Below, one piece after another: positions 20,358 through 29,084 of a stretch of 64,000 nucleotides of DNA. The first letter of the stretch is position 1. The number at the start of each line of letters is the position of its first letter. Under the pieces are notes generated by a model. The model was not told the origin of the DNA, ran no database searches, and worked only from the letters and a program-made list of their open reading frames with translations. The position numbers and the translations under genes are program-made. Source of the DNA: Deinococcus sp. (GTDB taxonomy: Bacteria; Deinococcota; Deinococci; Deinococcales; Deinococcaceae); contig OZ253375.1 of assembly GCA_965261005.1 (NCBI GenBank), positions 2,304,001-2,368,000 of the forward strand, in the 5' to 3' direction.

Positions 20358-20705
20358 ATGAACGAGATCGAGCGGAGTGAGGACGCCTTCGGGCGCTTCC
20401 TGAGCGGCCTGCGCGAGCGTGACGACCGCTTGGAGCGCCTGGGTCCCGGCGAGGCACCTTCAAAAGACGAGGCCGTGGACGAGTACGTCTTTTCCGGCCA
20501 CGTCGAGGCCCTGCGCAGCGAGAGCATAGATGGCGACGTGTGGGGCACCTTGGCCGACCTCGACCTCACGGCGCCCAGCGAGGAACGCGCCTGGGAGCTG
20601 ATCAAGGCGTTCTACCTGGAGCGCGGCTGCGTGCTGCTGAGGGTGGGGGAGGACGAGTACTTGATCGGCGAGGAGCTGGCCGGGCGGCTGGGGATGCTGG
20701 GCTGA
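20358..20705 (+). CDS. Hypothetical acidic protein
   Basis: Host-like codon usage; TAGACT 6 nt before ATG. Confidence 0.7.
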   Translation: MNEIERSEDAFGRFLSGLRERDDRLERLGPGEAPSKDEAVDEYVFSGHVEALRSESIDGDVWGTLADLDLTAPSEERAWELIKAFYLERGCVLLRVGEDEYLIGEELAGRLGMLG

Positions 20706-20706
20706 G

Positions 20707-21744
20707 TCAGCGTTGCTCGGTCGCCAGCTCGACCAGCCGCGTGACCAGCTCGGCGTAGGAAAGGCCGGCCGCCTCCCACAGCTTGGGGTACATGCTGGTC
20801 GGGGTGAAGCCCGGCATGGTGTTTACCTCGTTGAGGTACAGCTCCCCGCTCGCCTCCGCGTAGAAGAAGTCCACCCGCGCCAGGCCCGCGCAGTCGAGCG
20901 CCCTGAAGGCGGTGAGGGCCAGGTCGCGCGCCCGCTCGCTGACGGTTGATGGAATATTGGCCGGAATGTGCAGCTCGGCCTCGCCGGCGGTGTACTTGGC
21001 GCGGTAGTCGTAAAAGTCGCCGCCATACGTCAATTCGCCCACCAGGGAGCTGAGCGGGGCGTCGTTGCCCAGCACGCCGACCTCCAGCTCGCGCGGCTTA
21101 CCATGCGGCGTCATGGCCTCCAAAATGGCGCGGCGGTCGAGCGAAAAGGCCAGGTCAAGCGCGGCCGTCAATTCGTTCGCCTCGCGCACCTTGCTGACGC
21201 CCACGCTGGAGCCGAGGTTGGCCGGCTTCACGAACAGCGGGAAGCCGAGTTCGGCGGCGCGCGAAAGCACCTCCCCCGGCCGTTCCCGCCACTCGCGCCG
21301 GGTCGCCAGGCGCCACGCCACCTGCGGCACCCCGCAGGACGTCAGCACCTGCTTGGACATCACCTTGTCCATGCACAGGGCGCTGCCCAGCACCCCCGAG
21401 CCGACGAAGGGAATGCCCGCCAGCGTGAGGAGGCCCTGCACCGTGCCGTCCTCGCCCATCGGGCCGTGCAGCAGCGGAAAGACCACGTCGTAGTTGCCGG
21501 CCCGCGCCGCGCCGGCAAGGGCCAGCTCGCCGCCCGCGCCGTGTTCATCCGGTGGGGCCGCGCCCGCGTCCAGCGCCCGCAAGCTCTCGGCGGGCGGCAG
21601 CCACCTGCCCTCCTTGCTGACCACCAGCGGCGTGACCTCGAACCTGTCCGCCGGCAAGGCGCCCAGCACGCCGCGCGCGCTGGAGACGCTGACCTCGTGT
21701 TCCTCCGATTGGCCCCCCAGCAGCAGCAGCACCCGTTTCTTCAC
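20707..21744 (-). CDS. ddl: D-alanine--D-alanine ligase
   Basis: [37 protein letters not shown] and [10 protein letters not shown]. Confidence 0.96.
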   Translation of the reverse strand: MKKRVLLLLGGQSEEHEVSVSSARGVLGALPADRFEVTPLVVSKEGRWLPPAESLRALDAGAAPPDEHGAGGELALAGAARAGNYDVVFPLLHGPMGEDGTVQGLLTLAGIPFVGSGVLGSALCMDKVMSKQVLTSCGVPQVAWRLATRREWRERPGEVLSRAAELGFPLFVKPANLGSSVGVSKVREANELTAALDLAFSLDRRAILEAMTPHGKPRELEVGVLGNDAPLSSLVGELTYGGDFYDYRAKYTAGEAELHIPANIPSTVSERARDLALTAFRALDCAGLARVDFFYAEASGELYLNEVNTMPGFTPTSMYPKLWEAAGLSYAELVTRLVELATEQR

Positions 21745-21932
21745 GCCGGGCAGTATGGCACGGGAACGCCGCGAGGGCCGGCGCGCATACATTTGCACCC
21801 ACCTCCCCGCGTTGCTACACTCGGCCAATACTTTTGTCCCGGATGAGGTCCAGTTCAAGCGTTCTTAAAAAGTTTTCTATCGTTCGTCCCACTCACAGCC
21901 CCATTCTCAGCCTCACTCACAGGAGAAAACAC

Positions 21933-23666
21933 ATGCTCAAACGCTCGTTGCTGCTCACAAGCGCCCTGCTCGGCGCCTCCCTGGCCGGCGCCCAGGTCAA
22001 GAACCCCGACACCTTTGTCAAGGCGGTGGCCGGCGACTGGACCAGCTTCGACCCGGTCGCCTGCTACGACCTGGTCTGCGGCGAAATCTTGCAGAACACG
22101 CTCGACACGCTCTTTTTCTACGACGGCAACAGCCCCAGCAAGCTGGTGCCGCAACTGGCCGCCGCCATTCCGACCAGGCAGAATGGCGGCGTTAGCGCGG
22201 ACGGCAAGACCTACACCGTCAAGCTGCGCCCCGGCCTCAAGTTCCAGGACGGCACGCCGCTGACCGCGCAGGACGTCAAGTACTCCATCGAGCGCATGAT
22301 GGTCGCCTCCAGCGACTCGGGCGCCGCCGTCCTGATCAACGAGCCGCTGCTGGGCCTGGCCGACAACGTCACCAAAGACGGCAAGGTCACCTTCGCCGAC
22401 ATCGACAAGGCGGTGGAGGCGCGCGGCGCCGACACGGTGGTCTTTCACCTGGCCAAGCCGTTCGCGCCCTTTCTGAACATTCTGGCGACCTCGTTTTACG
22501 GCATCTACGCCAAGGCGGACGCCGTGAAGGCGGGCGAGTGGGGCGGGACGGCAACCGATTGGCAGAAGTTCAACTCCCCCAAGGACGAGGACAGCAAGTT
22601 CCTGCGCCGGGTGCCGCTCGGGAGCGGCCCCTTCACCCTGGAGCGCTACGACGTGGGCAAGAACGTGATCCTGAGGCGCAACGACAACTACTGGCGCAAG
22701 CCGGCCGCGCTGTCGCGGGTGATCTTGCAGTCGGTGGACGACGACACCACCCGGCTTCAGATGCTGCGGGTCGGCGACGCCGACGCCATCGACTTCACCC
22801 GCGCGATGGTGCCGCAGATCGCGCAGATGCCCGGCGTCACGCTGCTGGATAACCAGCCCAACCTCGGCCTGAACGGCCTGTTCCTCAACCAGCAGATAGA
22901 CGGCAGCGGCACCGACTACCTGGGCAGCGGCAAGCTGGACGGCCAAGGCGTTCCGGCCAACTTCTTTTCCGACGTGAACGTGCGCAAGGCTTTCGCGTAC
23001 AGCTTCGATTACGCGGCTTTGATTGACGACGTTTTGCAGGGCAAGGCGGTGCAGACCAACACCGCCAGCATCAAGGGCGTGCCGGGCTACAGCGACCTCG
23101 CCCCCAAGTACAAGCTCGACAAGGACGTGGCGACCAAGTACTTCAAGGCGGCCTGGGGCGGCAAGCTGTGGCAAAACGGCTTCACGCTGCCGGTGATCTA
23201 CAACAGCGGCAGCACCACCCGTCAGAAAATTCTGGAGATTCTCAAGCGTGACATCGAGAGCTTGAATCCCAAGTTCAAGATCGACGTGCGCGAGGTGCCG
23301 ACCTCGCAGCTCTTTAAGCTGCGCCGGGGCGGCCAGATCACGGCCTGGGTGGGCAACTGGACCATGGACTACGCTGACCCGCACAACCTGGCCTTTCCCT
23401 TCTACGCCTCGCAGGGTACCTTCGGCGCCCAGCAGCACAACAAGAACGCGCAGCTCGACGCCCTGATCGCGCGGGCGGTCGCCGAGACCGATTCGGCCGC
23501 GCGGCTGAAGCTTTACAACACCGTCAACCGCCTCGGCTTCGACAACGCGGTGGGCATCCCGCTGTACCAAAGCGTGGACGTGTACGCCCAGCGCGACTGG
23601 GTGAAGGGCCGCTTGATGAATCCCATCACCGCCGGCGATTACTTTTACGCCATCAGCAAACGGTGA
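21933..23666 (+). CDS. Peptide/nickel ABC transporter substrate-binding protein (family 5), copy 1
   Basis: Signal peptide, GLKFQDGTPLTAQDV.YS and GSGPF; RBS AGGAG. Confidence 0.9.
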   Translation: MLKRSLLLTSALLGASLAGAQVKNPDTFVKAVAGDWTSFDPVACYDLVCGEILQNTLDTLFFYDGNSPSKLVPQLAAAIPTRQNGGVSADGKTYTVKLRPGLKFQDGTPLTAQDVKYSIERMMVASSDSGAAVLINEPLLGLADNVTKDGKVTFADIDKAVEARGADTVVFHLAKPFAPFLNILATSFYGIYAKADAVKAGEWGGTATDWQKFNSPKDEDSKFLRRVPLGSGPFTLERYDVGKNVILRRNDNYWRKPAALSRVILQSVDDDTTRLQMLRVGDADAIDFTRAMVPQIAQMPGVTLLDNQPNLGLNGLFLNQQIDGSGTDYLGSGKLDGQGVPANFFSDVNVRKAFAYSFDYAALIDDVLQGKAVQTNTASIKGVPGYSDLAPKYKLDKDVATKYFKAAWGGKLWQNGFTLPVIYNSGSTTRQKILEILKRDIESLNPKFKIDVREVPTSQLFKLRRGGQITAWVGNWTMDYADPHNLAFPFYASQGTFGAQQHNKNAQLDALIARAVAETDSAARLKLYNTVNRLGFDNAVGIPLYQSVDVYAQRDWVKGRLMNPITAGDYFYAISKR

Positions 23667-23760
23667 CCTACCAACGGGTGAACCTGTTGGCTTTTCAGGC
23701 AACGCTTGCGGTGTGCGCTACGTTGACGCCTGACGGGCAAGCCCTGCCCAGAATGTTCCT
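23663..23760 (-). ncRNA. Putative TnpB omega/reRNA scaffold; 5' end uncertain; guide would continue into 23662-23643
   Basis: Overlaps the tnpB 3' end and the right-end hairpin, which is the established arrangement for TnpB elements. Confidence 0.55.
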
Positions 23761-24834
23761 CGCCGCGTTCAAATCCGCGTTCTCCGCATGACCGCACTGC
23801 TGGCACACAAAACGCGATTGGCTGAGCCTGTTCGCCTTCTCTGTGTGCCCGCACTTGTTGCAGGCTTGCGAGGTGAAACGCGGGTCTACGGTGATGACTC
23901 GACGCCCAGCGTTCGCAGCTTTGGCGGCAAGCAGAAAAAAGAACTGGCCCCAACCGACGTCGTGGATGCTGCGGGCCAGACGGCCCCGCCCCATCCCGCC
24001 GACGTTCAGGGCTTCGTGCGCGATCAAGTCGTTCTCTCGTACCAACTTGGCCGCTGCCTTGTGGTGGAAGTCCAGCCGTTGCTGACTCACCTTGCGATGA
24101 ATCTTCGCGGCCCGCTGGACAGCCTTTCGTCTGCCGTTGCTCCGCTTGTTCGGCTTGCGGCTGACCGCTCGCTGAGCAATGCGGAGCTTCTTCATGCTGG
24201 CCTGAAAGTACCGGGGGTTTTCCTGAAACTCCCCATCGGAGGTGACGTAGAACCATGTCGTTCCAACGTCCACCCCCACCGCGTTCCCGCTTGTGGGGAG
24301 CGGCTGCGCCTCCACTTCGCAGGCGTAGGACACGTACCACTGCCCGCACGTCCGCCGGATGGTCGCTGTCTTAATTTTGCCTTCTACCGGGCGGTGAAGC
24401 TTGATGCGAATGTTGCCGATTTTCGAGAAGTACGCCGTGCGCGAAGGGACGCTGAAGCCAAGCTGCGGGTAGGTGAACGAGTCGTAGCGGTCGCGGCCCT
24501 GAAAGCGTGGGTAGCCCGGCATCGAGCCTTGCTTCAACCGGCGAAAGAACGCCTGAAACGCCCTGTCCAGCCGCTTCAACACATCTTGCAGCACTTGGCT
24601 GTACACGCCCTTGTATTCGGGCAAGTCCGCCTTGATCTGCCTGAGGTGCTTCATCTGGCCGAAGCCCGTGATGCTCACCCCGCACTTGCGGTAGGCGTCC
24701 CGGCGTTCTTGCAGGGCCGCGTTGTAGAGAGTACGGCAGAGTCGCAACTGTTCGTTCAGCGCGACCTCCTGCGCTTTCGTCGGATACAGGCGGTATTTGA
24801 AGGTTTTGAGATGCGTGCTAGCTTGAATTTGCAT
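23695..24834 (-). CDS. tnpB: RNA-guided endonuclease TnpB
   Basis: FKYRLYPT HTH, GYPRF, RuvC D (VGVDVG), E (AHEAL) and D (NADLNAARNI), and CxxC..CxxC zinc finger. Confidence 0.95.
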   Translation of the reverse strand: MQIQASTHLKTFKYRLYPTKAQEVALNEQLRLCRTLYNAALQERRDAYRKCGVSITGFGQMKHLRQIKADLPEYKGVYSQVLQDVLKRLDRAFQAFFRRLKQGSMPGYPRFQGRDRYDSFTYPQLGFSVPSRTAYFSKIGNIRIKLHRPVEGKIKTATIRRTCGQWYVSYACEVEAQPLPTSGNAVGVDVGTTWFYVTSDGEFQENPRYFQASMKKLRIAQRAVSRKPNKRSNGRRKAVQRAAKIHRKVSQQRLDFHHKAAAKLVRENDLIAHEALNVGGMGRGRLARSIHDVGWGQFFFLLAAKAANAGRRVITVDPRFTSQACNKCGHTEKANRLSQSRFVCQQCGHAENADLNAARNILGRACPSGVNVAHTASVA

Positions 24835-25203
24835 TCACCCCCTTCTGGGTGCTTGCCATTCCTCGCGCCTGACTCCCCAGAAAGGCGGCGGGGGATTGCT
24901 CTTGCAGTCTACCACCACGGGGCAGTGCTTTCGATTTGGCGCTCAGCATCAGCACCGCCTCACTTCGTTCCGCCTGGGGCTATCCATCCCATGGCTAAAG
25001 CCGCTGGGCTTTCCGTCCCAGACCCCTTTTCTGTAAAGGCCACAGATGGTAAAGGGCGCGCCGGTAAACCCTGAGCATGACAGAATGCTCGGGGTTTGCT
25101 TCTCATGTGTGGAAAACTCTAGAATACCCACCTCTGGACGACCAAGGCTGTACTAAAAAGACTTGACAAGCTGTTAGGCGTCCACGAACCAAGGAGTAGA
25201 AGC

Positions 25204-26931
25204 ATGAAGCGAAGCGTTTTGTTGACCAGCTTGCTGCTGGGGGCCGGGTTGGCCTCGGCGCAGATGAAGAACCCCGACACCCTCTCGGTCGTGACCCTGG
25301 GCGATTGGGGCAGCGGCTTTGACCCGGCCTACTGTTACGACACGGCCTGCGGCAACGTGCTGACCAACACCCTGGAGGGCCTCTACGGCTACGAGGGGAA
25401 CGACGCCACCAAGGTGGTGCCCCTGCTGGCGGCCGGTATGCCCAAGGTCACGAACGGCGGCAAGACCTACAGCGTGACCCTCAAGAAGGGCCTCAAGTTC
25501 AGCGACGGCACCCCCGTGACCGCGCAGGATGTGGCCTACAGCTTGCAGCGCGTCATGGTGTACTCCACCGACGTGGGCGCCGCCGGGCTGCTCAACGAGC
25601 CGCTGCTCGGCAGCGCCGCGCAGGTGACGGGGAACGACGCGGGCGCCTGGGCCAAGATCAGCGGCTCGGTGCAGGCCAAGGGGACCGACACGGTCGTGTT
25701 CAACCTCGCCAAGCCGTTTTCGCCCTTTCCTTCCGTGCTGGCCTTTCCGAGCTTTGGCGTCGTGAGCAAGGCGGCGGCCGTCAAGGCGGGCGACTGGAGC
25801 GGCAGCGAAAAGGACTGGAAGAGCTTTAACAACCTCGCGGCGGCCAGCAGCAAGTTCGTGAACACCGGCATGGTCGGCACCGCCCCCTTCACCCTGGAGC
25901 GCTACGACCCCGGCAAGAGCGTGGTCCTGAAGCGCAACGACAACTACTGGCGCGCCCCGGCCAAGCTGTCGCGCGTGATCATTCAGTCCACCGCCGACGA
26001 CACCACCCGGCTTCAGCTGCTGCGCACCGGCGACGCCGACATGGCCGAGCGCAACGCGGTGCCCAACGCCCTGCTCGCGCAGGCGGCGCAGCTGCCGAAC
26101 GTCGTGGTCAAGAAGATCCCCTCGCTGGGCCTGTACGGCTTTTTCATGACCGAAAAGCTCGACCCGACCGGCACCGACTATCTGGGCAGCGGCAAGCTGG
26201 ACGGCAAGGGCATTCCGGCCAACTTTTTCTCGGACGTGAATGTGCGCAAGGGCTTCGCGTACAGCTTCGACTACGCGGGCTTCCTCAAGGACGTGATGCA
26301 GGGCAACGCCTCGCAGCAGAACACCGTGAACATCGCCGGCCTGCTGGGCGAGAGCGCGAACGGCTCTCAGTACAAGCTCGACAAGAACATCGCCACTGCC
26401 GCCTTCGAAAAGGCCTTTGGCGGCGACGTGTGGAAGAACGGCTTTACGGTCGTGGGCTTTTACAACAGCGGCAACTCCACCCGCCAGCGCGGCCTCGACA
26501 TCCTGGCCAAGAACCTCGCCAGCATCAACCCCAAGTTCAACCTTCAGGTGCGCGAGCTGCCCTTTTCGCAGTACCTCGCCCAGTCCGCCGCGCACAAAAT
26601 CCCGGTGTGGATGGGCGGCTGGGGCGCCGACTACGCCGACCCGCACAACTTCGCCCAGCCGTTCCTCGCTTCCGAGGGCAACTACCCCGTCAACATGGTG
26701 TACAAGAACGCCACGCTGGACAAGCTGATCGCGCAGGCGGTCGAGGAGACCAACACCGCCAAGCGCGCCGCCCTGTACCAACAGATCGCCAAGATCGGCT
26801 TTCAGGACGTGCCGGTGATCGCGGTGTACCAGCCCAAGGACTCTTTCGTGACCCACAGCTGGGTCAAGGGGCAGGTCTTCAACCCGATCTACTCCTCGGA
26901 CTACTACTACCCGATGTCCAAGCAGCAGTAA
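25204..26931 (+). CDS. Peptide/nickel ABC transporter substrate-binding protein (family 5), copy 2
   Basis: Colinear paralog of 21933-23666; RBS AAGGAG. Confidence 0.9.
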   Translation: MKRSVLLTSLLLGAGLASAQMKNPDTLSVVTLGDWGSGFDPAYCYDTACGNVLTNTLEGLYGYEGNDATKVVPLLAAGMPKVTNGGKTYSVTLKKGLKFSDGTPVTAQDVAYSLQRVMVYSTDVGAAGLLNEPLLGSAAQVTGNDAGAWAKISGSVQAKGTDTVVFNLAKPFSPFPSVLAFPSFGVVSKAAAVKAGDWSGSEKDWKSFNNLAAASSKFVNTGMVGTAPFTLERYDPGKSVVLKRNDNYWRAPAKLSRVIIQSTADDTTRLQLLRTGDADMAERNAVPNALLAQAAQLPNVVVKKIPSLGLYGFFMTEKLDPTGTDYLGSGKLDGKGIPANFFSDVNVRKGFAYSFDYAGFLKDVMQGNASQQNTVNIAGLLGESANGSQYKLDKNIATAAFEKAFGGDVWKNGFTVVGFYNSGNSTRQRGLDILAKNLASINPKFNLQVRELPFSQYLAQSAAHKIPVWMGGWGADYADPHNFAQPFLASEGNYPVNMVYKNATLDKLIAQAVEETNTAKRAALYQQIAKIGFQDVPVIAVYQPKDSFVTHSWVKGQVFNPIYSSDYYYPMSKQQ

Positions 26932-26968
26932 GTCAAGCAGCAGTGAGTTAAGACAGATCCAAGGACCT

Positions 26969-27002
26969 CGCCGCCGAGCCAAGGGATGGACGCTCGGCGG
27001 CG
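26969..27002 (+). promoter_or_regulatory. Intercistronic hairpin after the binding-protein gene
   Basis: CGCCGCCGAGC-N12-GCTCGGCGGCG with no U-run; position typical of mRNA-stabilising stems. Confidence 0.5.
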
Positions 27003-27031
27003 CCTATGCTTAGGTTGGGTCGAGGTGAGAC

Positions 27032-28054
27032 GTGTTCAACTTTATCGTGCGGCGGACCTTGCAATTGCCGTTGGTGCTGCTGGGCGTTTCGATTCTGATT
27101 TTCGGGATTCAGCAGTTCATTCCGCCCGACGTGCGGGCCACGGCCTACATCACCAACGAAAAGCAGCTCAACCAACTGCCGTCCATCGTGGCGAAGTACG
27201 GCCTGGACAAGGACCCCTTCACGCAGTACTGGATCTGGCTGAAGAACGTGGTGCAGGGCAACTTCGGCTGGTCCAACGCCGCCCGGCAGCCGGTCTTGCA
27301 GGCCATCTCGGACCGTTTGCCGGCCACGCTGGAGCTGGCCTTGTTCGCCATTCTGCCCATCATCGTGTTCGGCCTAGTCTTCGGCGTTGTGGCCGGCGTG
27401 CGGCGCAACACCTTCGTGGACCAGTTCATCCGGGTGTTCTCCATTTTTACCTACTCGCTGCCCACCTTTGTGGTCGGCATCTTTCTGCTGGCCTACTTTT
27501 ATGGGTGGCTTCAGCTGTTCGAGCCGGGCCGCTACAACACCCTGCTGACGCTGACCCAGGGCCTCAGCAGCCAGGACCTCAACGGCTTTCTGTTTTTCCG
27601 GGCGCTCTTTACCGGGAACTGGACCTTGCTCGGGGACCTCGCGCGGCACCTGGTCTTGCCGGTGGTGACGCTGATGGTGGTTCTGTCGGCCAGCCTGACC
27701 CAGATCGTGCGCTCGAACGTGATCGAGCAGCTGCGCCAAGACTACGTGCGCACCGCCCGTGCCAAGGGGCTGGCCGGTCGCTCGGTGGTCTACAAGCACA
27801 CCCTGCGCAACGCCCTGATCCCGATTATCACCGTGATCGGCTCGCTGCTGTTCGGCCTGGTCAGCGGCGTGGTCATCACCGAGACCGTCTTTAATTACCC
27901 CGGCGTGGGCAACTGGGCCGCGCAGGCGGCGCAGATCAACGACACCTCGGGCATTCTGGGCTTCGCCCTCTTCTCGGCGCTGGCGGTCGCCGTGATCAAC
28001 CTGATCGTGGACGTGCTGTACGGCGTGATCGATCCCCGCGTGAGGTACGACTGA
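27032..28054 (+). CDS. ABC transporter permease (DppB/OppB-like)
   Basis: RLPATLELA, HLVLP, DYVRTARAKGL and ITETVFNYPG. Confidence 0.92.
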   Translation: MFNFIVRRTLQLPLVLLGVSILIFGIQQFIPPDVRATAYITNEKQLNQLPSIVAKYGLDKDPFTQYWIWLKNVVQGNFGWSNAARQPVLQAISDRLPATLELALFAILPIIVFGLVFGVVAGVRRNTFVDQFIRVFSIFTYSLPTFVVGIFLLAYFYGWLQLFEPGRYNTLLTLTQGLSSQDLNGFLFFRALFTGNWTLLGDLARHLVLPVVTLMVVLSASLTQIVRSNVIEQLRQDYVRTARAKGLAGRSVVYKHTLRNALIPIITVIGSLLFGLVSGVVITETVFNYPGVGNWAAQAAQINDTSGILGFALFSALAVAVINLIVDVLYGVIDPRVRYD

Positions 28055-28977
28055 TGGCGATCTCGACCCTTCCCGAACGCGCGAAACCCAGCGGCGGCTT
28101 TTTTCAAAGTCCGGTGTGGCGCCGCTTTCGCCGCAACCCGCTGGGCGTGATCGGCCTCGGCGTGATCGTGCTGTTCGCCTTGGTGGCGGTGTTCGCGCCG
28201 CTGATCGCGCCGGCCCCGGCCACCAACTTCGGCACGACGCTGGGCATTCCCAACCGCATGTTGCAAGACGGCTACTCGCCCATTCCCGTGTTGCCCAGCG
28301 CCCAGCATCCTCTTGGGTTGGCGCAGGACGGTTACGACATCCTGTTCGGCTTGGTGTGGGGCACCCGCAGCGCCTTTTTGGTGGGCCTGCTGGTCACCGG
28401 CATCAGCGTGCTGATCGGCGTGACCGTCGGCCTGTTGGCCGGCTACTACGGCAAGTGGGTGGACAGCCTGCTGATGCGCGTGACCGACGTGGTGTACGCC
28501 TTTCCGACCTTGGTGCTGCTGATCACCATCGTGGTGGTGCTGGGCCGCAGCCTGACCAGCATTATCGTCGCGGTGGCCGTGCTCGGCTGGGCCAGCTACG
28601 CGCGTCTGATTCGCAGCGAGGTGCTCAAGGTCAAGCGGCTGGAGTACGTGGAGTCGGCGCGCTCGCTGGGCGCCCCCAACGCGCGCATCGTGCTGCGGCA
28701 CGTGCTGCCCAACAGCCTCACCTCGGTCCTGACCCAGGTCAGCCTGGACATCGGCTCGGTGGTCGTGGTCTTCGCCTCGCTCTCGTTTTTGGGCGTGGGC
28801 GCCCCGACCGGCTTTCCCGATTGGGGCCAACTCATCAACTTGTCGCGCAACTGGATCACCCAGCCGCAGTACTGGTTCACCTACGTCTATCCCGGCGTGA
28901 CCCTGGTCCTGTTCGGCGTCGCTTGGAACCTGCTGGCGGACGCCATCCGCGAGGCGACCGATCCACGCGGCGGCTGA
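28054..28977 (+). CDS. ABC transporter permease (DppC/OppC-like)
   Basis: HPLG, EYVESARSLGA, RHVLPN and SLSFLGVG. Confidence 0.92.
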   Translation: MAISTLPERAKPSGGFFQSPVWRRFRRNPLGVIGLGVIVLFALVAVFAPLIAPAPATNFGTTLGIPNRMLQDGYSPIPVLPSAQHPLGLAQDGYDILFGLVWGTRSAFLVGLLVTGISVLIGVTVGLLAGYYGKWVDSLLMRVTDVVYAFPTLVLLITIVVVLGRSLTSIIVAVAVLGWASYARLIRSEVLKVKRLEYVESARSLGAPNARIVLRHVLPNSLTSVLTQVSLDIGSVVVVFASLSFLGVGAPTGFPDWGQLINLSRNWITQPQYWFTYVYPGVTLVLFGVAWNLLADAIREATDPRGG

Positions 28978-29003
28978 ACGTTTATTCCTCCGCACCGCCT
29001 TGT

Positions 29004-29039
29004 CAAATTGGCATGGTCAAATTGGCCTCACCAAATTGG
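29004..29039 (+). repeat. Three CAAATTGG direct repeats at 14-bp period
   Basis: Copies start at 29004, 29018 and 29032. Confidence 0.7.
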
Positions 29040-29084
29040 TCCGGCGGCACATCCCGCCCATACTCGGCGCCCCAAAATATAGGG

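Larger units (their letters stand above)
23663..25032 (-). mobile_element. IS200/IS605-family element, tnpB-only (IS1341-like), non-autonomous
   Basis: TTAC target motif at 25036-25033; left-end hairpin CCCAGCGGCTTTAGCCATGGG with AAAG at its foot; right-end hairpin 23671-23690 and terminal TCAC; no tnpA ORF. Confidence 0.85.

Noticed and set aside
23695..24834. TnpB as a nuclease-dead RNA-guided repressor (TldR-like) associated with ABC transporter genes
   Set aside because: All three RuvC acidic residues are intact, and transposon ends plus a reconstructable empty site are present
28116..29084. N-terminal extension of the S41 peptidase ORF
   Set aside because: It overlaps the permease in another frame, and the signal peptide begins at GTG 29085
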